Assembly (NCBI GenBank): GCA_963832745.1
Contig: CAWHVC010000003.1
Coordinates: 416,001 to 480,000, forward strand
Length of the DNA: 64,000 nucleotides
Source: Candidatus Bathyarchaeota archaeon
GTDB taxonomy: Archaea; Thermoproteota; Bathyarchaeia; Bathyarchaeales; Bathycorpusculaceae
Direction: 5' to 3'
The notes below the pieces were generated by a model. The model ran no database searches. It had not been told where the DNA came from and saw nothing but the letters and a program-made list of their open reading frames with translations. This document shows positions 48,161 through 58,829 of the stretch, one piece after another. A program made the translations under genes and the position numbers. Within the stretch, counting starts at the first letter, position 1. The number at the start of each line of letters is the position of its first letter.

Positions 48161-48796
48161 TTAATGCACAGCTTTAGCTTCGATTAAATGGATAGTTTCA
48201 AAGAAGGGCAGTTTACTTTCAGCCTTAACCGACGCCTCAAAGCCGCATTCTTGGAATTTGTGGATTGTCAATTCTAACCCTGTCAAGCTTGATTGTAACA
48301 AAAGGATTCTTCCAGACGGTTTCAAGTGGACGGTTACTTGGGGAATGAAACGGTCAACCACGTCGCGTCCAGTGGTGCCGCCAGCCCAAGCGCGACCAAT
48401 CCAAGTTTTAACTTCATGAGGCTCCGAAGGCAAATAGGGAGCATTAAACAATACCAAATCAAACAAGGCGTTGGCAGTTAAGGCCGTGAACAAGTCCGAC
48501 TGCATGAAAGCCATTTTATCCCGTACATGGTTAAGTATAGCGTTTTGTTTGGCACACCGAACCGCGTAAGGGTTAATATCGATGGCTAGCACGCTTTTTG
48601 CCCTTTGAGCCGCCAGTATGCCGAGGATTCCGCTGCCTGTGCCCAAATCTAAAACCTCCTCTGCAGCCTGAACATCAAGATTTTCAGCGAATAGAAAAGA
48701 ATCCTCAGAGGGCTCAAAAACGTCATCGGTTATGTCAAACTTGAGGTTGCCAAACCAGACGCGTTTAATTGGTGAATGCATTAGCGAGGTCTCCAA
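48161..48796 (-). CDS. HemK2/PrmC-family protein methyltransferase
   Basis: VFEPSEDSFL, LDLGTGSG, FNAPY, WAGGTTGR. Confidence 0.9.
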   Translation of the reverse strand: METSLMHSPIKRVWFGNLKFDITDDVFEPSEDSFLFAENLDVQAAEEVLDLGTGSGILGILAAQRAKSVLAIDINPYAVRCAKQNAILNHVRDKMAFMQSDLFTALTANALFDLVLFNAPYLPSEPHEVKTWIGRAWAGGTTGRDVVDRFIPQVTVHLKPSGRILLLQSSLTGLELTIHKFQECGFEASVKAESKLPFFETIHLIEAKAVH

Positions 48797-49583
48797 AGTT
48801 TTTGGGGGTTAGTTCGCGGGGACGCATTTCTCGGAATGGTGAAGACTGAATGATTTTTTTGTATTCCTGTTTGCTCAGTTTAAGGGAGGATTTGATAAAG
48901 GGTTCAAGTGCGTTTGAGAGTTTTTTGTTGCGTTCAGTAAACAGCCATTTAACCATCTTAGCAAAGAACACTTCGTCCTTAACGGTGAAGGGCGGAGTCG
49001 TCCAAGGTTTTATACGAAGAATTACAGAGTCAACTTCTGGTTGCGGGAAAAACATGTCTTTAGGGACAGAATCAAGCAGTTCAACGTGGGCTTTTTGATA
49101 AACGGTGACTGTTAACCAACTGTAGTTTTCAGTGCCGACTTTTGCGTTGAGGCGGTCGGCGAATTCTTTTTGCACAATCAACACGGCACAGTCGACCTTG
49201 TGTGCCAGAAGGAAAAGCACGAGTTTTGATGATAAATAGTATGGTGGGGCAGCAATCGTCTTGTTAAAATTGGGTAACTCTGATTTTAGCACGTCACCTT
49301 CAACAACAGCAACATTGCTATAGCCACTCACCTGTTGCCTCAACACCTCAACGATTTGCGGGTCTTTTTCAGCAGCAACAACGCCACGGCATTTGTCTGA
49401 GAGAAAACGTGCCAGAAACCCAAAACCAGCCCCTGCATCTAGCACCACATCGGACTTGGATAGCCCAGCGTATTCTGCAAGCTTGGGATAGAATGTGGGC
49501 TCAATCATAAAGTTTTGCCCAAGAAGCGTGTTTGGCGTAATCTGAAAAGTCCGTAGCAACTGCTTAGTTTCTTCAATGCTCAT
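48765..49583 (-). CDS. rsmA: 16S rRNA dimethyladenosine transferase
   Basis: LGQNF, DAGAGFG, PPYYLSS, VQKEFADRL, FFPQPEVDS. Confidence 0.92.
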   Translation of the reverse strand: MSIEETKQLLRTFQITPNTLLGQNFMIEPTFYPKLAEYAGLSKSDVVLDAGAGFGFLARFLSDKCRGVVAAEKDPQIVEVLRQQVSGYSNVAVVEGDVLKSELPNFNKTIAAPPYYLSSKLVLFLLAHKVDCAVLIVQKEFADRLNAKVGTENYSWLTVTVYQKAHVELLDSVPKDMFFPQPEVDSVILRIKPWTTPPFTVKDEVFFAKMVKWLFTERNKKLSNALEPFIKSSLKLSKQEYKKIIQSSPFREMRPRELTPKNFGDLANAFTN

Positions 49584-49588
49584 GTTGG

Positions 49589-50164
49589 TTACTGTGCCCG
49601 AGTGAAAAGACGGTATTTGCTGTCGCCTTCAAGCTCCTCCATAACTCGTTTCGTTATAAGTTTGGCGGGACTTGGCAGTTCGGTTCGTTTCTGCAGGTCG
49701 TCAAAGCTTTCAAAGGGTTTGCGTGTGCGTTCGTTGATGACTTGCCACATGTATTTTTTACCGATTCCAGGGACCAACTCGAGTGCATGCATGCGGGGTG
49801 TAATCGCGCGTGCAGTATTAAAGAAGTTGACGAACCATTGCTCACGGTTAACCACGACTTTGTTAATGACGCTTGGAAGCTCAGCTTTGGCTGAGGCAGT
49901 TAATTCTTCATAACCGATTCTACCGATAATGTACGTTACTTCTTCGCGTGAATCTTTTCCGACGTAAACTCGATCGCCTGGCTTAAGCATTAAACCTTCT
50001 TTCACTAATGCTTCAAGAACAGTAAAGAATTCTTCGCCGACGCATTGAATAAGAGCTCCCGCTCTGTAACCAGCTCTTCCAGTTGGACGGAACCCAGGCT
50101 TACCGTGTGGCAGGAAGTCTAACACGTAAGCGTACTCTTCGTATCGCTTCTCCATAATAGTCAC
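49589..50164 (-). CDS. DUF655 family RNA-binding protein
   Basis: EEYAYVLDFLPHG, RMHALELVPGIGKK, PFESFDDL. Confidence 0.92.
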   Translation of the reverse strand: MTIMEKRYEEYAYVLDFLPHGKPGFRPTGRAGYRAGALIQCVGEEFFTVLEALVKEGLMLKPGDRVYVGKDSREEVTYIIGRIGYEELTASAKAELPSVINKVVVNREQWFVNFFNTARAITPRMHALELVPGIGKKYMWQVINERTRKPFESFDDLQKRTELPSPAKLITKRVMEELEGDSKYRLFTRAQ

Positions 50165-50217
50165 TAGACCCTCATCTGTAATTACATTTAATGCTTAAAA
50201 ATACTTACTCGCTTGAA

Positions 50218-50556
50218 CTACTTGAGGGTTCTGCTTTCATTTAGAATTGAAACTATTTTTTCTAGCTTTTGGGTTTCTATAATTTTACGTCCGCCGGCAA
50301 GAAAGACACGTAATTCATCAACAGTTTCGGGCATACAATTTATGATTTGAACAGCTTCAACCTCGTCAAGCTCGTACTCTTTAACAAGCATCGCCACCAA
50401 CTCCTCTGCTTTTTCTGGTTCAACTTTGGTGAATTTGCTTACGTAGTCGAGTGTGCGACGTTGGAATTGATCGAGATTTTCCTCGCCTATAGATTCCAGC
50501 ACCTTCTTGACTTGCGGCAAAGTAAGCCGGGTTTCGCTGATTTCTTTTTGGCCCAT
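50218..50556 (-). CDS. rpoF: RNA polymerase subunit F (Rpo4)
   Basis: QRRTLDYVSKF, AVQIINCMPETVDELR; rpl21e-rpoF-DUF655-ksgA synteny. Confidence 0.92.
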   Translation of the reverse strand: MGQKEISETRLTLPQVKKVLESIGEENLDQFQRRTLDYVSKFTKVEPEKAEELVAMLVKEYELDEVEAVQIINCMPETVDELRVFLAGGRKIIETQKLEKIVSILNESRTLK

Positions 50557-50562
50557 TTCTGC

Positions 50563-50859
50563 TCAGTTCCCAGTGTATGGCTCTAAATGTTCACAGCGTA
50601 CAATGATTGTTTTGATTGATTCACCTTGTGGAACATTAACGACGTATCCTCGTCCACGCTTTTCCTGAATGACTCCGATTTTGCCATGGAACCGTTTGTG
50701 AGGCATACTTTTCTGTACGCTAGAATTCATTTTTATGATTACTTCTGAACCAAGCTCATACTCGTGGAGTAGCTTGCTGATGTTGGGTTTTCCGCGTTCA
50801 CGTTGGGGTTTGCGTAGCAAACTGCGAGTTCCAGAGTAATATCCTTTTGAACCTCTCAT
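50563..50859 (-). CDS. rpl21e: 50S ribosomal protein L21e
   Basis: SKGYYSGTRSLLRK, MPHKRFHGKIG, EHL. Confidence 0.95.
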   Translation of the reverse strand: MRGSKGYYSGTRSLLRKPQRERGKPNISKLLHEYELGSEVIIKMNSSVQKSMPHKRFHGKIGVIQEKRGRGYVVNVPQGESIKTIIVRCEHLEPYTGN

Positions 50860-50872
50860 TCTATTTTCACCT

Positions 50873-52204
50873 TTAATTATCATCCATTATGACGTTGAGC
50901 ACGTCAAGCTTAAGCGTCTTTGCCCTGAATCCAAGCAAACCTGAAACGCTTGGAACTGTTCGGCCTTCATCTCCAGAGACCAATTCTTTTACGTAAAGGC
51001 CACCTTGGCAACGAATTTCCATCAGAGCCGTCTTAAGCGACACCTTCTTAACTTTAACCTTATATATGTACCTTTCTCGAATTAAATCCGCCCTTCGATG
51101 CAAAACACGCAAAGGCGTTTGCTGTTTAACAGTAACTCCCGTAAGTTTTTCTTCAATCAAACGCAAACTCTCATCATCAACATCGTTTTCAAACTCGGCA
51201 AGCAACCGATACTCTTTCTGGGCGCCTTCACCTTTCTTGAGCCGACGCACCTTGTCCTTGGTTGTAAAATGAAGCTCTGAAACCTCAACCTTATCAACGG
51301 CACCAGCGTTAATTGCCACTTCCGCTGCCTTTAGATCTATAAAACGTTTTTTGGGTTTAGAAATTTCAACAATAAAAGGTCGCCCAGTGCCGAGCATGCG
51401 TGCATCGATGTCTTCGCGTCCTGAGGCATGGAAAAAGGAGTCTTCACCTTGGGATGCTTCTAAAATCGGTTTGGATGTTAATTGCTCAACTGATTCAGGA
51501 TAAAGCTTACCTGTTCCACCACATTTCTCGCATCCTCTGCCTCGACAATTTGAACAGAACCATTCGGATTGCGGGATAGTGCGGACGAGTTTGCGGTATC
51601 TACCACCGACAAACAGGGGATTAACTTGAAGCCTAATTTTACCCGAGAATGGGTTGAATACAACAACGATGTCAGGAATTAGATATTCTGCTTCTTTGCC
51701 TGTGCGTGCACCCAACGCTTTGCCAAAAATCCTGCCGAATTCATGCTTCATACTTTCAGCGGTACCAATGCTGAATGAGGCTTTGAATTCGTCTTCGCGT
51801 TCTTCTATTTTTACGGGCAATTCTATGCCTACAAGATAAGTTGTGAATTCGTAATCGTTAAGGGTAGAGAGGGCTTTTTGGGTTAACTCTTCAACCTGGT
51901 CAAAGGTACCGTTACAAAGATAACATTTCTCTGCTTGGGGAGCGGGTTCTTGTTTTAAGTGTTTTAGGGTTTCCTGTGCAGTTTTACTGAAACCATTAAC
52001 GGCTAAAACTTGAAGCTGCAGGATTCCTTGGTCAGGTTTTTCTTTTGCAAGGTCGTTGGCTTGCATGGTTAAAGACACCTTCAGCGAGGAGCCTCGAATA
52101 TTGTTTTCCATGCTGTAACCTAAAGCTGCAAATTGTCGACCCAAACAGTGGTCGCATAGGGGATATTTGCTAAGAAGTTCAAACGCTTTTTGCTGTACAT
52201 CCAT
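50873..52204 (-). CDS. pus10: tRNA pseudouridine(54/55) synthase Pus10
   Basis: CDHCLGR, GRYRKLVR, HASGREDIDARMLG, QQTPLRV, GGLYVKELVSGD. Confidence 0.95.
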   Translation of the reverse strand: MDVQQKAFELLSKYPLCDHCLGRQFAALGYSMENNIRGSSLKVSLTMQANDLAKEKPDQGILQLQVLAVNGFSKTAQETLKHLKQEPAPQAEKCYLCNGTFDQVEELTQKALSTLNDYEFTTYLVGIELPVKIEEREDEFKASFSIGTAESMKHEFGRIFGKALGARTGKEAEYLIPDIVVVFNPFSGKIRLQVNPLFVGGRYRKLVRTIPQSEWFCSNCRGRGCEKCGGTGKLYPESVEQLTSKPILEASQGEDSFFHASGREDIDARMLGTGRPFIVEISKPKKRFIDLKAAEVAINAGAVDKVEVSELHFTTKDKVRRLKKGEGAQKEYRLLAEFENDVDDESLRLIEEKLTGVTVKQQTPLRVLHRRADLIRERYIYKVKVKKVSLKTALMEIRCQGGLYVKELVSGDEGRTVPSVSGLLGFRAKTLKLDVLNVIMDDN

Positions 52205-52215
52205 AAGTTGTGTGC

Positions 52216-53574
52216 CTACTTGAAGTTTGGTGGAATACCGCCCATTCCCATGCCGCCTTTTCCGCCAAGACCGAAGGGCAGTTTCTTTTTGCGCTTAAAC
52301 ATCTTTAACATTTTACGCATCATAACATACTGTTTAAGCAGTTCCTTAACGTCTTTCTCCGTTGTTCCGGAACCACGAGCGATGCGTCTTCCGCGTGAAG
52401 AAGTGATAAGCTTGGGGTTTTCTTTTTCTTCAGGAGTCATTGACTGAATGATTACGCGCCATTTATCTAGGCGACCTTCAGCAGTGTTCAGCATATCGTC
52501 TGGTACATCATAGGACATGCCGGGCAACATTTTTAGAACTTTACCAAAAGGCCCCATGTTTTTAACGGCACTAAACTGTTCATACATGTCAGTTAATGTG
52601 AATTTGCCACTTAGGATTTCTTTGGCCTTCTTCTGTGGAACCTTTACTTCAGCGTCATGCACTTTCTCAAGCAAGGTTTCCAAGTCACCCATGCCCAGCA
52701 GGCGACCAACAAAACGGGAGGGTACGAAGGATTCGATATCCTCAATTTTTTCTCCTGTACCAATAAACTTGATTGGCGCACCGGTTGCTGCTACTGCCGA
52801 AAGGGCACCGCCTCCGCGTGAGGAACCGTCAAGTTTGGTGACGATGATGGCGCCAATCGGTGTTGCTTCATGGAAACTTTTTGCTTGAATAAGCGCTTGC
52901 TGACCGATAGTGCCGTCGATAACCATTATGACTTCATCAGGATGAATGTTCTTTTCAAGGTCTTTCATTTCTTTGATGAGGTCTTTTTCTTCTTTGTGTC
53001 GACCCGCAGTGTCAACAATGATCAAGTCTTTATCTGCAAAGACCTTGAGTCCTTCACGGACGACTTTGACGGGGTTATTGGCTTTTACGTCGCCGAAAAC
53101 TGGAAGATTTATTCTGTTGCCCAACTGCAAAAGCTGAGCGTAAGCGCCTGGACGAAAAGTGTCAGCCGCAATCAATCCAGGTTTAAAGCCGCGTTTCTGG
53201 TAGTAACGGGCTAGTTTGGCGGCGTGAGTGGTTTTGCCTGAACCTTGAATGCCGACCAGCATGACAATTTTCTTTTTGCCTGGCTCCACCTTTAATGGAA
53301 CTGGCTTGTCGCCGACGAACCGTGTCAATTCTTCGTACACGACTTTGATAACGTGTTCGCGTCGTGAGATTCCCGGAGGCACTTTTTCTTTTAACGCTCG
53401 GTCTTCGATGCGTTTGGAGATTTCGAGCACTAACTGTACGTTAACGTCTGACTGAAGCAACGCACGTTGTATGTCGCGGACGAGTTCTTTTACTGCTGCC
53501 TCGTCAACTACGCCTGCTTTAAACAGTTTTTTTATAGCGTTAGTTAGTGATGAACCTAAACGATCAAGTGCCAT
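52216..53574 (-). CDS. srp54: signal recognition particle protein SRP54
   Basis: GIQGSGKTT, DTAGRH, TKLDG, LLGMGD; Met-rich M domain. Confidence 0.97.
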   Translation of the reverse strand: MALDRLGSSLTNAIKKLFKAGVVDEAAVKELVRDIQRALLQSDVNVQLVLEISKRIEDRALKEKVPPGISRREHVIKVVYEELTRFVGDKPVPLKVEPGKKKIVMLVGIQGSGKTTHAAKLARYYQKRGFKPGLIAADTFRPGAYAQLLQLGNRINLPVFGDVKANNPVKVVREGLKVFADKDLIIVDTAGRHKEEKDLIKEMKDLEKNIHPDEVIMVIDGTIGQQALIQAKSFHEATPIGAIIVTKLDGSSRGGGALSAVAATGAPIKFIGTGEKIEDIESFVPSRFVGRLLGMGDLETLLEKVHDAEVKVPQKKAKEILSGKFTLTDMYEQFSAVKNMGPFGKVLKMLPGMSYDVPDDMLNTAEGRLDKWRVIIQSMTPEEKENPKLITSSRGRRIARGSGTTEKDVKELLKQYVMMRKMLKMFKRKKKLPFGLGGKGGMGMGGIPPNFK

Positions 53575-53890
53575 CCATTCTCACTCCAGCTTTAATCATT
53601 CACATCTGCCTTTAAATAAATATTACAGCATAAAAACCTATCAATACAGGCAAAACCGCACAGGAGAAAATTTTTGTGAGGAAAATGTTTGCCGCAAGTT
53701 GAAGCCTCAGTTCCCCATAAAATATTCTTCACAATTCAGACGGCTCTTCATGCATCATTGGCTTCAATCCACAAAGAGGCAGTAAGCTAACAAATAAACC
53801 TATACCGAAAAAACTCGGCAACAAATACAAGCAAATATTGACAAAAAATCGGACTAAGATAGATTGGAAAATAATTTGGTTAGGGCAGAA

Positions 53891-54283
53891 CTATTTGACC
53901 CTACTGATTTTGATTTTGCCCAAGATTTTCCAGTACTCGATTTCTGCGCCGGCAACCAACTTGGCCTTTAAATCTTCCTCGTCTGGAAATGGAGCATCAA
54001 TATACTCGTATGTTTCCAAATCCATGATTTGTACACCGGTTGGATTTACTGCGAAAATTTGGCCTGCACGTTTGTCAATAATTGGAATTTCAGCGCTTCC
54101 GTCAACTGGTTTTACGAATTGTCTTTTTTGGTTATCAAAAACGCCAATGGCAACGATTCTTGCTTTTGCTGCGCCGTGTTTTCCAGGTTTAGATTTTGCA
54201 ATGTCCATAATGCGGCAGGGTTCTCCATCAATCATCATATAGCCGCCGACACGAAGTTCTCCTACATCAACTGGTTTGCTCAT
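53891..54283 (-). CDS. eif5a: translation factor aIF-5A
   Basis: Hypusine motif KSKPGKHGAAK. Confidence 0.96.
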   Translation of the reverse strand: MSKPVDVGELRVGGYMMIDGEPCRIMDIAKSKPGKHGAAKARIVAIGVFDNQKRQFVKPVDGSAEIPIIDKRAGQIFAVNPTGVQIMDLETYEYIDAPFPDEEDLKAKLVAGAEIEYWKILGKIKISRVK

Positions 54284-54378
54284 TCTCTCACCACAATTTC
54301 TTTTCTATTTATGCAAAAAACTGAACAACACCCATAATATAGATTAAGGTGACGGTATTAAGGCTGAAAGGTGACATT

Positions 54379-55218
54379 GTGTTCAAAAGCGTAGGGTTAG
54401 TCGCTCGTTATGATAAAGATAAGGCTCTACAGCTAACAGAAGAGCTGGCAGTGCACCTTAACAGCAAGGGCCTCAAAGTTTTCATCGAAGACACTCTGGC
54501 AGACAAGATAAAGGTAAACGCTGAAGCGGTTACACTTGAAAAAATGAAAACTGACTTCATCATCACCATAGGGGGCGACGGCACAATCCTGCGCACCTGT
54601 CTAAACAGTCCAAAACCAGAACCACCCATCCTAGGCATAAACATGGGTGTCAGGGGATTCTTAACAGAAGTCGAGCCCAATGACGCCTTAAAAGCTGTTG
54701 ACAGAATCCTCAAAGACGACTTTAGAATCGAAAAATGTACCAAACTTTCAGCCAAAATCGGCGACATAACCCTGCCAGACGCTTTGAATGATGTAGTAAT
54801 TTCTGCGGGAGAACCCTCAAAAATTCTTTACACCGAAATTTGCAAAGATGGAAAAGCAATTCTGAAGTGTCAAGCTGACGGTTTGATTGTAGCAACCCAA
54901 ACAGGCTCTACGGGTTACTCGCTTTCCGCTGGTGGTCCAGTGCTTGACAAGGCTATGGACGCAATTTTGGTTACTCCAATATGCGCATTGACCGTGTTTA
55001 GGTCTCTTGTGTTTCCTGCTGATTCCGAAATTACCTTAAACGTTATCAGGCCAAAGCAAATGCTGGTCATGATTGACGGAAATTATCATCACATGGAAAG
55101 CGAAAAAGAACTCACGGTTAAAGTTACAAAGTCGAAGAATGTTTCAAGCTTTATAAGATTTGGAAACGACTTCTATGACCGTTTAAGCTGCAGGTTACTA
55201 TTTCAAGGATCGAGATGA
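54379..55218 (+). CDS. ppnK: NAD kinase
   Basis: GGDGT, GINMGVRGFL, ALND, DGLIVATQTGSTGYSLSAGG. Confidence 0.94.
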   Translation: MFKSVGLVARYDKDKALQLTEELAVHLNSKGLKVFIEDTLADKIKVNAEAVTLEKMKTDFIITIGGDGTILRTCLNSPKPEPPILGINMGVRGFLTEVEPNDALKAVDRILKDDFRIEKCTKLSAKIGDITLPDALNDVVISAGEPSKILYTEICKDGKAILKCQADGLIVATQTGSTGYSLSAGGPVLDKAMDAILVTPICALTVFRSLVFPADSEITLNVIRPKQMLVMIDGNYHHMESEKELTVKVTKSKNVSSFIRFGNDFYDRLSCRLLFQGSR

Positions 55219-55773
55219 TAAAAAATACAGGCACGCAACAATTCTCAGAAAAAAATTGTCGTTTTAGATACCTCCGCGTTTATAGCTGGATTTGACCCGT
55301 TTTCGCTTGGAGAAGAGCAAGTAACTGTGCCAAAAGTGGGCGATGAAATAAGAAACAATTCGATGGCTTGGGTTCGTTTTAACACTGCTGTTGAAAGCGG
55401 CAAAATCAAAATTAAAATGCCCCACGAAGAATTTTCAAACAAAGTAAAAACCTCCGCAAGCAAAGTAGGCGATTCATATCTTCTTTCAGAAACCGACATG
55501 CAACTTCTTGCCTTAGCGTTAGAATTAAAAGCGCAAGGTGAAAATCCAGAAATAATTACGGATGATTACTCAATTCAAAATGTTGCTAAACAAAACGGCA
55601 TAGGGTTTTACGCGCTTGCCACCTTTGGCATTAGGCGGCTTCTGGAATGGATTCGCTATTGTCCCGCGTGCCACCGAGAATATCCCGTTAACAGTAGTTT
55701 TAGTGCTTGTCGAGTTTGCGGAACAGAACTCAAAAGAAAACCTAAACGAACAGCCAAAAAAGTAAAAGCCTAA
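55215..55773 (+). CDS. nob1: Nob1 family PIN endonuclease; apparent +1 frameshift just after the ATG
   Basis: The frame of ORF 55327 extends upstream to KKIVVLDTSAFIAG; LSETD, TDDYSIQN and a C-terminal Zn ribbon. The ATG at 55215 overlaps the ppnK stop and is one base out of frame in an A run. Confidence 0.88.
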
Positions 55774-55783
55774 AAACTGTTTG

Positions 55784-57616
55784 TTAAAGCAGGGCTAAAA
55801 TCAGAATCAACAGTAAACCTTCAACAAGGAACACTGGAACAACTATCTTTTTTGCTTTTACAAGCGCTTTGTCTACAAGTAGTGATAGGGATGCAATGCG
55901 TGACCCTCCGATAACTCGGACCTGGGGGATAATTAGGTGTTTGCATCCGGCTTTGGCTGGTTCCAAGTTGGCAACGGCGGCTTTTGCAGCGTCTATAATG
56001 TAATTGATTAATGCTGTGTGATTCATGACTTCTCCTACTGGATGATAACCACGGCTGCCTGTTACGAGTGCGCTTACGGCGTGGGTGTCGGTTGTGAAAA
56101 CTTCGCTTGCATTAAACCCAGCTGCGTTTATGGCGGGCAAGATTTTTTCTCGTAGCCCAGAAATCATGTTGTTGCCGTCTATGACAATGTAAGCTGTTTT
56201 TTGCTCTTCAACTTGGACAATTATGGCTGTGATACCGCCAGTGCCCATGCCCTCTTTGAGCGTGAAGTCTTTCGGGTAAACTGTCGAGGAGCCAACTTTG
56301 AATGGTTTCTTTGGCATCGCGGCTGCTTTTTGGAGGCATTTGAAAGCTGCAGTCTCAAATTCTGCAAGATGCTCAACGGTGTCAATTACATCGTTTAAGC
56401 TGTTGTGACAGTTCACTACGATGGTGCAATTTAACCCGTATTTCTTGGCTTCTTCCTGAACTGCTTGTCCCAGTTCCTGAGGCAAATCCTCGGTAGTTTT
56501 CGGTGAAAGCGTGAATGAAAGGAAAGCTGTGTCTCCGAAGATTTGGCATGAAGCTGTAGCGTATCCTTCGGAAACTTGAACAAACGGTGTAGCCACAGTT
56601 TCCTCAGCGTCATACTTGGCGGCTTCAATCACCTGATTAATAACCTTAAAGTTTTGAGATTGTGAAGCCAAGTCTAGTTCGTGACCTAAAATGCCTAGTG
56701 GTGTACAAGTTTGACATCCGTAGGCTTCTTCAAAGTGTTTCTTAAGCAGTGAAGGCAAAAGACTGCTGCCAATATTCTTGAATGGTCCCGGATGTACAAG
56801 AGGCACGATTATCGCCGCTTTAGGCTTAGATGCGTCAAACCGCAGCATTGTAACGTCGATGTCTTCATTTTCACCCATCTTTTCCAAATACGCCTCTAGA
56901 GGCGCGTTTGCAGCGACAACCCAGTTAAGCATAAAAGCCCTAAACAATGGCAATGCAGGCATGCCGTTAAGCTGTTTACCGATTTTGTCGAGTGCGTTTA
57001 GGAATATGAAGACTGCCGCGTAAGCAATTATTGGCGTTACTATGAGGTATGGTAAAGTTTGGGTTACTGCGTTGCCTGTAATGTTTGACCAGAATCCTAT
57101 GAATACTCCAACGCAAAGGTAAGGCCAAAGCAGGGCAGACAAAACCTGCCGAGCAGCACCCGCTGAGGATGTTGCAAGCAGAACGATTAAACGCAGGGTC
57201 AAAACTGCGCCAAAACCTAACAGCATCAGTTTGAACCACCATGAGGCGTCAAACGATAGTCCCAAGACGGCGCCTAGTATGAGGAAGAATACCCAAAATA
57301 TCCAGCAGAAAAGCGACATTGCAACTGTTCGGCGCAGAATAAAGATGGGGTCTTTTAAGATTGCTTTGCTCATTACAGCATCAACAACAATGGTTATAGC
57401 AAACAGGGTAATGCCCAGAGCTAAGCTGTTTATTAGTCCCTGAGTTGTGGGAAACAAGGCGTAAGTTGATAGCCCAATTATGCCAATACAAATCGCGGCT
57501 ATAGTTAAGACTGCACGTTTGTAAGGTGGAAGAAAGAACATTGCTGAGTAATGTTTCAGGGCGCCATCCATTGAATCACTTAAGGAATTGCCAGAATTGT
57601 TGTTCGCCATGTTCAA
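55784..57616 (-). CDS. DUF2070 family membrane protein
   Basis: N-terminal TMs; VHPGPFKNIGSS, NCHNS, IDGNNM, TTDTH. Confidence 0.88.
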   Translation of the reverse strand: MNMANNNSGNSLSDSMDGALKHYSAMFFLPPYKRAVLTIAAICIGIIGLSTYALFPTTQGLINSLALGITLFAITIVVDAVMSKAILKDPIFILRRTVAMSLFCWIFWVFFLILGAVLGLSFDASWWFKLMLLGFGAVLTLRLIVLLATSSAGAARQVLSALLWPYLCVGVFIGFWSNITGNAVTQTLPYLIVTPIIAYAAVFIFLNALDKIGKQLNGMPALPLFRAFMLNWVVAANAPLEAYLEKMGENEDIDVTMLRFDASKPKAAIIVPLVHPGPFKNIGSSLLPSLLKKHFEEAYGCQTCTPLGILGHELDLASQSQNFKVINQVIEAAKYDAEETVATPFVQVSEGYATASCQIFGDTAFLSFTLSPKTTEDLPQELGQAVQEEAKKYGLNCTIVVNCHNSLNDVIDTVEHLAEFETAAFKCLQKAAAMPKKPFKVGSSTVYPKDFTLKEGMGTGGITAIIVQVEEQKTAYIVIDGNNMISGLREKILPAINAAGFNASEVFTTDTHAVSALVTGSRGYHPVGEVMNHTALINYIIDAAKAAVANLEPAKAGCKHLIIPQVRVIGGSRIASLSLLVDKALVKAKKIVVPVFLVEGLLLILILALL

Positions 57617-57874
57617 GCATCTCAGGTTTGGTTTTCTATTGAAACTTGTTAGAGTTATTAAAATGTAGCTTAAGTTAAGGGGTTAAATATCTGACAATAA
57701 ATACAAAATTCCATACTTTCAAATAAGCAAGCAAGCCAACTTTAGGCATAAAAAACGCAAAACTCAAAGACACCTCAGACGCCAAAAGCTTCCAGATATC
57801 ATGCCCAGAAGGGTTTTTCACAGGGAGAACTGTTTTATCCCCAAAACGACAACTATGTTAATTCTGCAAAGCCT

Positions 57875-58174
57875 ATGCCAGCGCAAGATTTGCCTCCATC
57901 CATATTTCAGATGCTTGAAAGGAATGTTGGCAAGAAAGTCAGAGTAATATTGGATTCAGCCTACGGTTTTGAAGGCACCTTGGAAGCGGTCACTCAGGAA
58001 CCATCAGGTGTCTGGTTATCAGGCGTAGACGCGATAGTTTTGCGTTCAACCCTTGCGCAGCCGATTCCGCAAGTAGCAAGCCGAGAAGAAACAGGCGATT
58101 TGTATCTCCATTTAAACTCGGTGCAAAGAATTGAAGTATTACACGAAACGCCATCTAGAACAAAGATAAAATAA
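57875..58174 (+). CDS. Sm/Lsm-like protein
   Basis: LERNVGKKVRVILD..FEGTL (Sm1-like) and GDLYLHLNSVQRIE (Sm2-like). Confidence 0.65.
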   Translation: MPAQDLPPSIFQMLERNVGKKVRVILDSAYGFEGTLEAVTQEPSGVWLSGVDAIVLRSTLAQPIPQVASREETGDLYLHLNSVQRIEVLHETPSRTKIK

Positions 58175-58202
58175 AACTGTTTTTTAGAAAAGAAATTGTT
58201 GT

Positions 58203-58373
58203 TTAGGTTGGGAAGAAAACTTTTGCCAGAATTGAAACAACAATTAAAGTTACAGAGAGAACCACTAAGAGTTCAGGTCTAACTTTGATGCCTTCGGTTT
58301 CTTCCTCAAAGAACCTAAGTAAGCCTGCACTTGCAGCTGGCATTGGACCTGCTTCTTTTCGTTTTCGACTCAT
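58203..58373 (-). CDS. secG: preprotein translocase subunit Sec61beta (SecG)
   Basis: Below the ORF-track size cutoff: MSRKRKEAGPMPAASAGLLRFFEEETEGIKVRPELLVVLSVTLIVVSILAKVFFPT. Confidence 0.92.
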   Translation of the reverse strand: MSRKRKEAGPMPAASAGLLRFFEEETEGIKVRPELLVVLSVTLIVVSILAKVFFPT

Positions 58374-58505
58374 TAACATCCCACTATTACGATTAAGTAG
58401 GTATCCTATAATTTCTTGTAGATTATTAATGTTGCGTAAAAACAGTCAACATTGCTACCTTATGGTTTTAAAACATGCAAAGCAATACGTAAGCGAGGAC
58501 TTTAC

Positions 58506-58829
58506 GTGCAGATTTACGATTTTCAAGAAATGATGAAAAGACTATACATACAAAGTGACAAGGAACGCGGAGTAGATGCAACCTTCAAATGGCTCTCAGA
58601 CGAACTGCAGGAACTAAAAGAAGCTTTAAACGGACAAGATAAAACAGCCTTAGAGAAAGAGTTCGCCGACGTCTTAGCCTGGCTTGCATCTTTAGCCAAC
58701 ATCACAGACGTAGACCTTGAAAAAGCCGCTTTAGAGAAATACAATCACAAATGCCCAAAATGTCAACAGGCGCCATGCACCTGTAAATTTATCAAAATCA
58801 AGCCAGACGTGTCTGCCCAACACCCGTAG
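58506..58829 (+). CDS. MazG-like nucleotide pyrophosphohydrolase
   Basis: WLSDELQEL..EKEFADVLAWLASLAN; C-terminal CPKC..PCTC. Confidence 0.88.
   Translation: MQIYDFQEMMKRLYIQSDKERGVDATFKWLSDELQELKEALNGQDKTALEKEFADVLAWLASLANITDVDLEKAALEKYNHKCPKCQQAPCTCKFIKIKPDVSAQHP

Noticed and set aside
53580-53885. 300-bp gap between eif5a and srp54 with two short inverted pairings; considered as SRP RNA or another ncRNA
   Set aside because: AT-rich, lacks the GC-rich long helices and helix-8 motif of 7S RNA, and no tRNA cloverleaf is visible
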